DNA of 2,519 nucleotides from Escherichia coli (GTDB lineage Bacteria; Pseudomonadota; Gammaproteobacteria; Enterobacterales; Enterobacteriaceae): NCBI RefSeq assembly GCF_003334355.1, contig NZ_QOWP01000073.1; one strand, 5' to 3'. Shown piece by piece: positions 1 to 2,519 of this stretch (position 1 is its first letter; each line of letters starts with the position of its first letter). The notes under the pieces were generated by a model. It saw only the letters and a program-made list of their open reading frames with translations, ran no database searches and was not told where the DNA came from. The position numbers and the translations under genes were made by a program.

Positions 1-116
1 TGAATCTGAGGCAGCACCTGGCACGGCTGGGACGGAAGTCGCTGTCGTTCTCAAAATCGGTGGAGCTGCATGACAAAGTCATCGGGCATTATCTGAACAT
101 AAAACACTATCAATAA
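1..116 (+). CDS. insB: IS1 transposase InsB (InsAB'), C-terminal fragment; 5' part lies outside the window
   Basis: Frame 3 (first full codon at 3) translates as [37 protein letters not shown] with stop TAA at 114-116, which matches the InsB C-terminus as I recall it. Not in the ORF track because it is a partial ORF running off the window edge. Confidence 0.8.
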
Positions 117-131
117 GTTGGAGTCATTACC
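109..131. repeat. IS1 terminal inverted repeat (right end, ~23 bp)
   Basis: AATAAGTTGGAGTCATTACC region is the reverse complement of the IS1 end GGTAATGACTCCAACTTATT. The IR boundary is taken from recalled IS1 structure; the partner IR is outside the window. Confidence 0.7.
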
Positions 132-501
132 CTCGCTTCAGAATTGTATTCGTGTGCGTAATATTGAAACAAAACTCGTCACTGGAAAAGTAGGTACTCA
201 AAACACACAACTGCTTGGTAATACGCTTACTGGAAGCACTGCCGCCAAAGGCGTTGGCGTACTCATTGAAGGTTTAGCAACCAGTAAAAATCCGCTAATG
301 ACATTAAAACCTAATGATACGAATTCTGTTTATATAGATTATGAAACCGAAGATGACACCTCCGATGGGGTTTACCCTAATCAAGGTAACGGCACATCAC
401 AGCCTCTTCATTTCCAGGCAACATTAAAGCAAGACGGGAATATTGCTATCGAACCCGGCGAATTTAAAGCCACCAGTACTTTCCAGGTAACCTATCCCTG
501 A
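132..501 (+). pseudogene. yadC: 3' remnant of a chaperone-usher fimbrial adhesin/subunit gene (yadC-like), truncated at its 5' side by the IS1 insertion
   Basis: Frame-1 translation from 132 gives a ~123-aa Ser/Thr/Gly/Asn-rich polypeptide ending ...TSTFQVTYP, then TGA at 499-501, a typical fimbrial subunit C-terminal beta-strand. It has no native start or signal peptide; the only start-like codon (TTG at 118) lies inside the IS1 inverted repeat. The 113-nt spacing to panB fits the K-12 yadC-panB arrangement as I recall it. Confidence 0.65.
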
Positions 502-505
502 TAAC

Positions 506-540
506 GTAGCAGCACTGTCACCTTCTGGCAGTGCTGCTAC
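506..540. repeat. Perfect 12-bp inverted repeat (stem-loop) just after the yadC-like stop; possible terminator or RNA-stability hairpin without a U-tract
   Basis: GTAGCAGCACTG (506-517) pairs perfectly with CAGTGCTGCTAC (529-540) across an 11-nt loop. It is followed by GGATAAATCA rather than a T-run, so a canonical intrinsic terminator is not supported on either strand. Confidence 0.4.
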
Positions 541-550
541 GGATAAATCA

Positions 551-578
551 TTGCCCCCACCAATGTGACTGATAAAAT
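551..578 (+). promoter_or_regulatory. Candidate sigma70 promoter for panB (-35 TTGCCC, extended -10 TGaTAAAAT)
   Basis: TTGCCC at 551-556, 16-nt spacer, TAAAAT at 573-578 preceded by TG at 570-571, placing a predicted start ~30 nt upstream of the panB ATG. This is motif matching by eye only. Confidence 0.3.
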
Positions 579-614
579 GCCAGACAGCACAACATCAATT
601 TATCAGGATACGTT

Positions 615-1409
615 ATGAAACCGACCACCATCTCCTTACTGCAGAAGTACAAACAGGAAAAAAAACGTTTCGCGACCATCACCGCTTATGACTATAGCTT
701 CGCCAAACTCTTTGCTGATGAAGGGCTTAACGTCATGCTGGTGGGCGATTCGCTGGGCATGACGGTTCAGGGGCACGACTCCACCCTGCCAGTTACCGTT
801 GCCGATATCGCCTACCACACTGCCGCCGTACGTCGCGGCGCACCAAACTGCCTGCTGCTGGCTGACCTGCCGTTTATGGCGTATGCCACGCCGGAACAAG
901 CCTTCGAAAACGCCGCAACGGTTATGCGTGCCGGTGCTAACATGGTCAAAATTGAAGGCGGTGAGTGGCTGGTAGAAACCGTACAAATGCTGACCGAACG
1001 TGCCGTTCCTGTATGTGGTCACTTAGGTTTAACACCACAGTCAGTGAATATTTTCGGTGGCTACAAAGTTCAGGGGCGCGGCGATGAAGCGGGCGATCAA
1101 CTGCTCAGCGATGCATTAGCCTTAGAAGCTGCTGGGGCACAGCTGCTGGTGCTGGAATGCGTGCCGGTTGAACTGGCAAAACGTATTACCGAAGCACTGG
1201 CGATCCCGGTTATTGGCATTGGCGCAGGCAACGTCACTGACGGGCAGATCCTCGTGATGCACGACGCCTTTGGTATTACCGGCGGTCACATTCCTAAATT
1301 CGCTAAAAATTTCCTCGCCGAAACGGGCGACATCCGCGCGGCTGTGCGGCAGTATATGGCTGAAGTGGAGTCCGGCGTTTATCCGGGCGAAGAACACAGT
1401 TTCCATTAA
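615..1409 (+). CDS. panB: 3-methyl-2-oxobutanoate hydroxymethyltransferase (ketopantoate hydroxymethyltransferase), 264 aa
   Basis: ATG at 615 with AGGA (605-608) 6 nt upstream; 264-aa ORF ending TAA 1407-1409. The translation ([55 protein letters not shown]...) matches enterobacterial PanB as I recall it, and the length is right. Confidence 0.96.
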
Positions 1410-1420
1410 GGAGTCACGTT

Positions 1421-2272
1421 GTGTTAATTATCGAAACCCTGCCGCTGCTGCGTCAGCAAATTCGCCGCCTGCGTATGGAAGGCAAGCGCGTGGCGCTGGT
1501 GCCTACCATGGGTAACCTGCACGATGGCCATATGAAGCTGGTCGACGAAGCCAAAGCCCGCGCCGATGTGGTCGTCGTCAGTATTTTCGTTAACCCGATG
1601 CAGTTCGACCGCCCGGAAGATCTGGCTCGTTATCCACGGACCTTGCAGGAGGACTGCGAGAAGCTAAACAAACGTAAAGTGGATTTAGTTTTCGCCCCTT
1701 CGGTAAAAGAGATCTACCCGAACGGTACTGAAACCCACACTTACGTTGACGTTCCTGGCCTTTCGACCATGCTGGAAGGTGCCAGCCGTCCGGGACATTT
1801 TCGCGGCGTTTCGACTATTGTCAGCAAGCTGTTCAACCTGGTCCAGCCGGACATCGCCTGCTTCGGTGAAAAAGATTTTCAGCAACTGGCGCTGATCCGC
1901 AAAATGGTTGCCGATATGGGCTTCGATATTGAGATTGTCGGTGTGCCAATTATGCGCGCCAAAGACGGTCTGGCGCTAAGTTCCCGTAACGGTTATCTGA
2001 CGGCGGAACAACGCAAAATTGCGCCTGGTCTGTACAAAGTTTTAAGTTCGATTGCTGACAAATTGCAGGCTGGGGAACGGGATCTCGATGAAATTATTAC
2101 CATTGCGGGGCAAGAACTGAATGAAAAAGGCTTCCGCGCCGATGATATTCAGATTCGCGATGCCGACACATTGCTGGAAGTTTCTGAAACCAGCAAACGG
2201 GCAGTAATTCTGGTAGCCGCCTGGCTTGGCGATGCTCGCCTGATCGACAACAAAATGGTCGAGCTGGCGTAA
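1421..2272 (+). CDS. panC: Pantothenate synthetase (pantoate--beta-alanine ligase), 283 aa
   Basis: GTG start at 1421 with AAGGAG (1408-1413) overlapping the panB stop; 283-aa ORF ending TAA 2270-2272. The translation contains the HIGH-type nucleotidyltransferase motif ([14 protein letters not shown]) and matches enterobacterial PanC. Lies immediately downstream of panB as in the panBC operon. Confidence 0.96.
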   Translation: MLIIETLPLLRQQIRRLRMEGKRVALVPTMGNLHDGHMKLVDEAKARADVVVVSIFVNPMQFDRPEDLARYPRTLQEDCEKLNKRKVDLVFAPSVKEIYPNGTETHTYVDVPGLSTMLEGASRPGHFRGVSTIVSKLFNLVQPDIACFGEKDFQQLALIRKMVADMGFDIEIVGVPIMRAKDGLALSSRNGYLTAEQRKIAPGLYKVLSSIADKLQAGERDLDEIITIAGQELNEKGFRADDIQIRDADTLLEVSETSKRAVILVAAWLGDARLIDNKMVELA

Positions 2273-2276
2273 TACT

Positions 2277-2314
2277 TAACTGGCGCTACGGCTGATGGCG
2301 CCAGTTATTAATTT
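2277..2314 (+). terminator. Rho-independent terminator downstream of panC (possibly serving both convergent genes)
   Basis: Perfect 10-bp stem TAACTGGCGC (2277-2286) / GCGCCAGTTA (2298-2307) with an 11-nt loop, followed by TTAATTT (2308-2314). It begins 5 nt after the panC stop and lies between panC and the convergent small ORF. Confidence 0.6.
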
Positions 2315-2345
2315 ACCCCACGTCATCTGTCATAACACAGGTAAC

Positions 2346-2501
2346 TTAAATAAGGTTAATTACCTTATCAATCTCAGCAAGAGGTAAATTTGCCATCTCT
2401 GCAACGTCTTCCCGAGACATTCCTTTACTCAGAAGACGCTGGGCGCTGATGAATCCCCTAATGATTTTGGTAAAAATCATTAAGTTAAGGTGGATACACA
2501 T
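2346..2501 (-). CDS. Short convergent ORF (51 aa from ATG at 2501) with a DUF4351-like tail resembling Rpn (YhgA-like) nucleases; candidate rpnC/yadD 3' remnant or stand-alone RpnS-like small protein
   Basis: Minus-strand translation MCIHLNLMIFTKIIRGFISAQRLLSKGMSREDVAEMANLPLAEIDKVINLI with stop TAA (2346-2348). The tail LLSKGMSREDVAEMANLPLAEIDKV fits the recalled 'LLxxGMxxExIAxxTGLSxEEI' pattern of Rpn-family C-terminal domains. In-frame TGA at 2514-2516, and the other two minus frames are also stopped (2480-2482, 2506-2508), so no long ORF continues to the window edge. Absent from the ORF track, presumably for length. Start codon uncertain (ATGs at 2501, 2480, 2420, none with a good SD). Confidence 0.4.
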   Translation of the reverse strand: MCIHLNLMIFTKIIRGFISAQRLLSKGMSREDVAEMANLPLAEIDKVINLI

Positions 2502-2519
2502 CTTGTCATATGATCAAAT

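Larger units (their letters stand above)
1..131 (+). mobile_element. IS1 insertion sequence, right-hand terminal 131 bp (element continues beyond the window start)
   Basis: Bases 1-131 match my recollection of the insB-proximal end of IS1 and finish with GGAGTCATTACC (120-131), the reverse complement of the canonical IS1 terminus GGTAATGACTCC. Sequence character changes abruptly at 132 to AT-rich fimbrial-gene coding sequence. Confidence 0.85.

Noticed and set aside
118-501. ORF-track ORF taken as an intact 127-aa gene
   Set aside because: Its start (TTG at 118) and first codons lie inside the IS1 terminal inverted repeat; the body is the C-terminal part of a fimbrial gene cut by the insertion. 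Annotated instead as a pseudogene remnant plus a chimeric junction ORF.
636-1022. 128-aa ORF on the minus strand inside panB
   Set aside because: Entirely antisense to the well-supported panB CDS; no recognisable protein features and no RBS context. A typical spurious antisense ORF in GC-rich coding sequence.
1122-1406. 94-aa ORF on the minus strand inside panB
   Set aside because: Fully overlaps panB on the opposite strand; composition mirrors panB codon usage and there is no independent signal.
1270-1515. 81-aa ORF on the + strand spanning the panB/panC junction in another frame
   Set aside because: Out-of-frame overlap with both panB and panC; the Ala/Arg-rich translation is typical of an off-frame reading of GC-rich genes.
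1685-1885. 66-aa ORF on the minus strand inside panC
   Set aside because: Antisense to panC with no supporting start context; considered an artefact.
2339-2365. Short palindromes (AGGTAA/TTACCT, AAGGT/ACCTT) around the stop codon of the minus-strand small ORF
   Set aside because: Arms are only 5-6 bp in AT-rich sequence, within chance expectation; the adjacent 10-bp stem at 2277-2307 is the convincing terminator.
1-2519. Searched for CRISPR repeats, tRNA/rRNA-like structure and tandem repeats
   Set aside because: No direct repeats with regular spacing, no cloverleaf-like segments and no tandem arrays were seen; the only repeats are the hairpins and IS1 terminus listed above.

Overview
This window reads as an Enterobacteriaceae (Escherichia coli / Shigella-type) chromosomal segment covering the pantothenate biosynthesis genes panB and panC on the + strand, which are ordinary core metabolism. 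Upstream, bases 1-131 are the right-hand terminus of an IS1 insertion sequence (3' end of insB plus the terminal inverted repeat). It is inserted into a fimbrial gene whose position and product match yadC, leaving only the last ~123 codons (132-501). Downstream of panC, a strong hairpin terminator is followed by a short convergent minus-strand ORF (2346-2501) whose C-terminal motif resembles the DUF4351-type tail of Rpn (YhgA-like) recombination-promoting nucleases, at the position where K-12 carries yadD/rpnC. All three minus-strand frames are closed by stops before the window edge, so this is either a stand-alone small ORF or a gene remnant. No tRNA, rRNA or CRISPR array is evident. All identifications rest on reading the sequence and recalled knowledge of these families; no database search was run.
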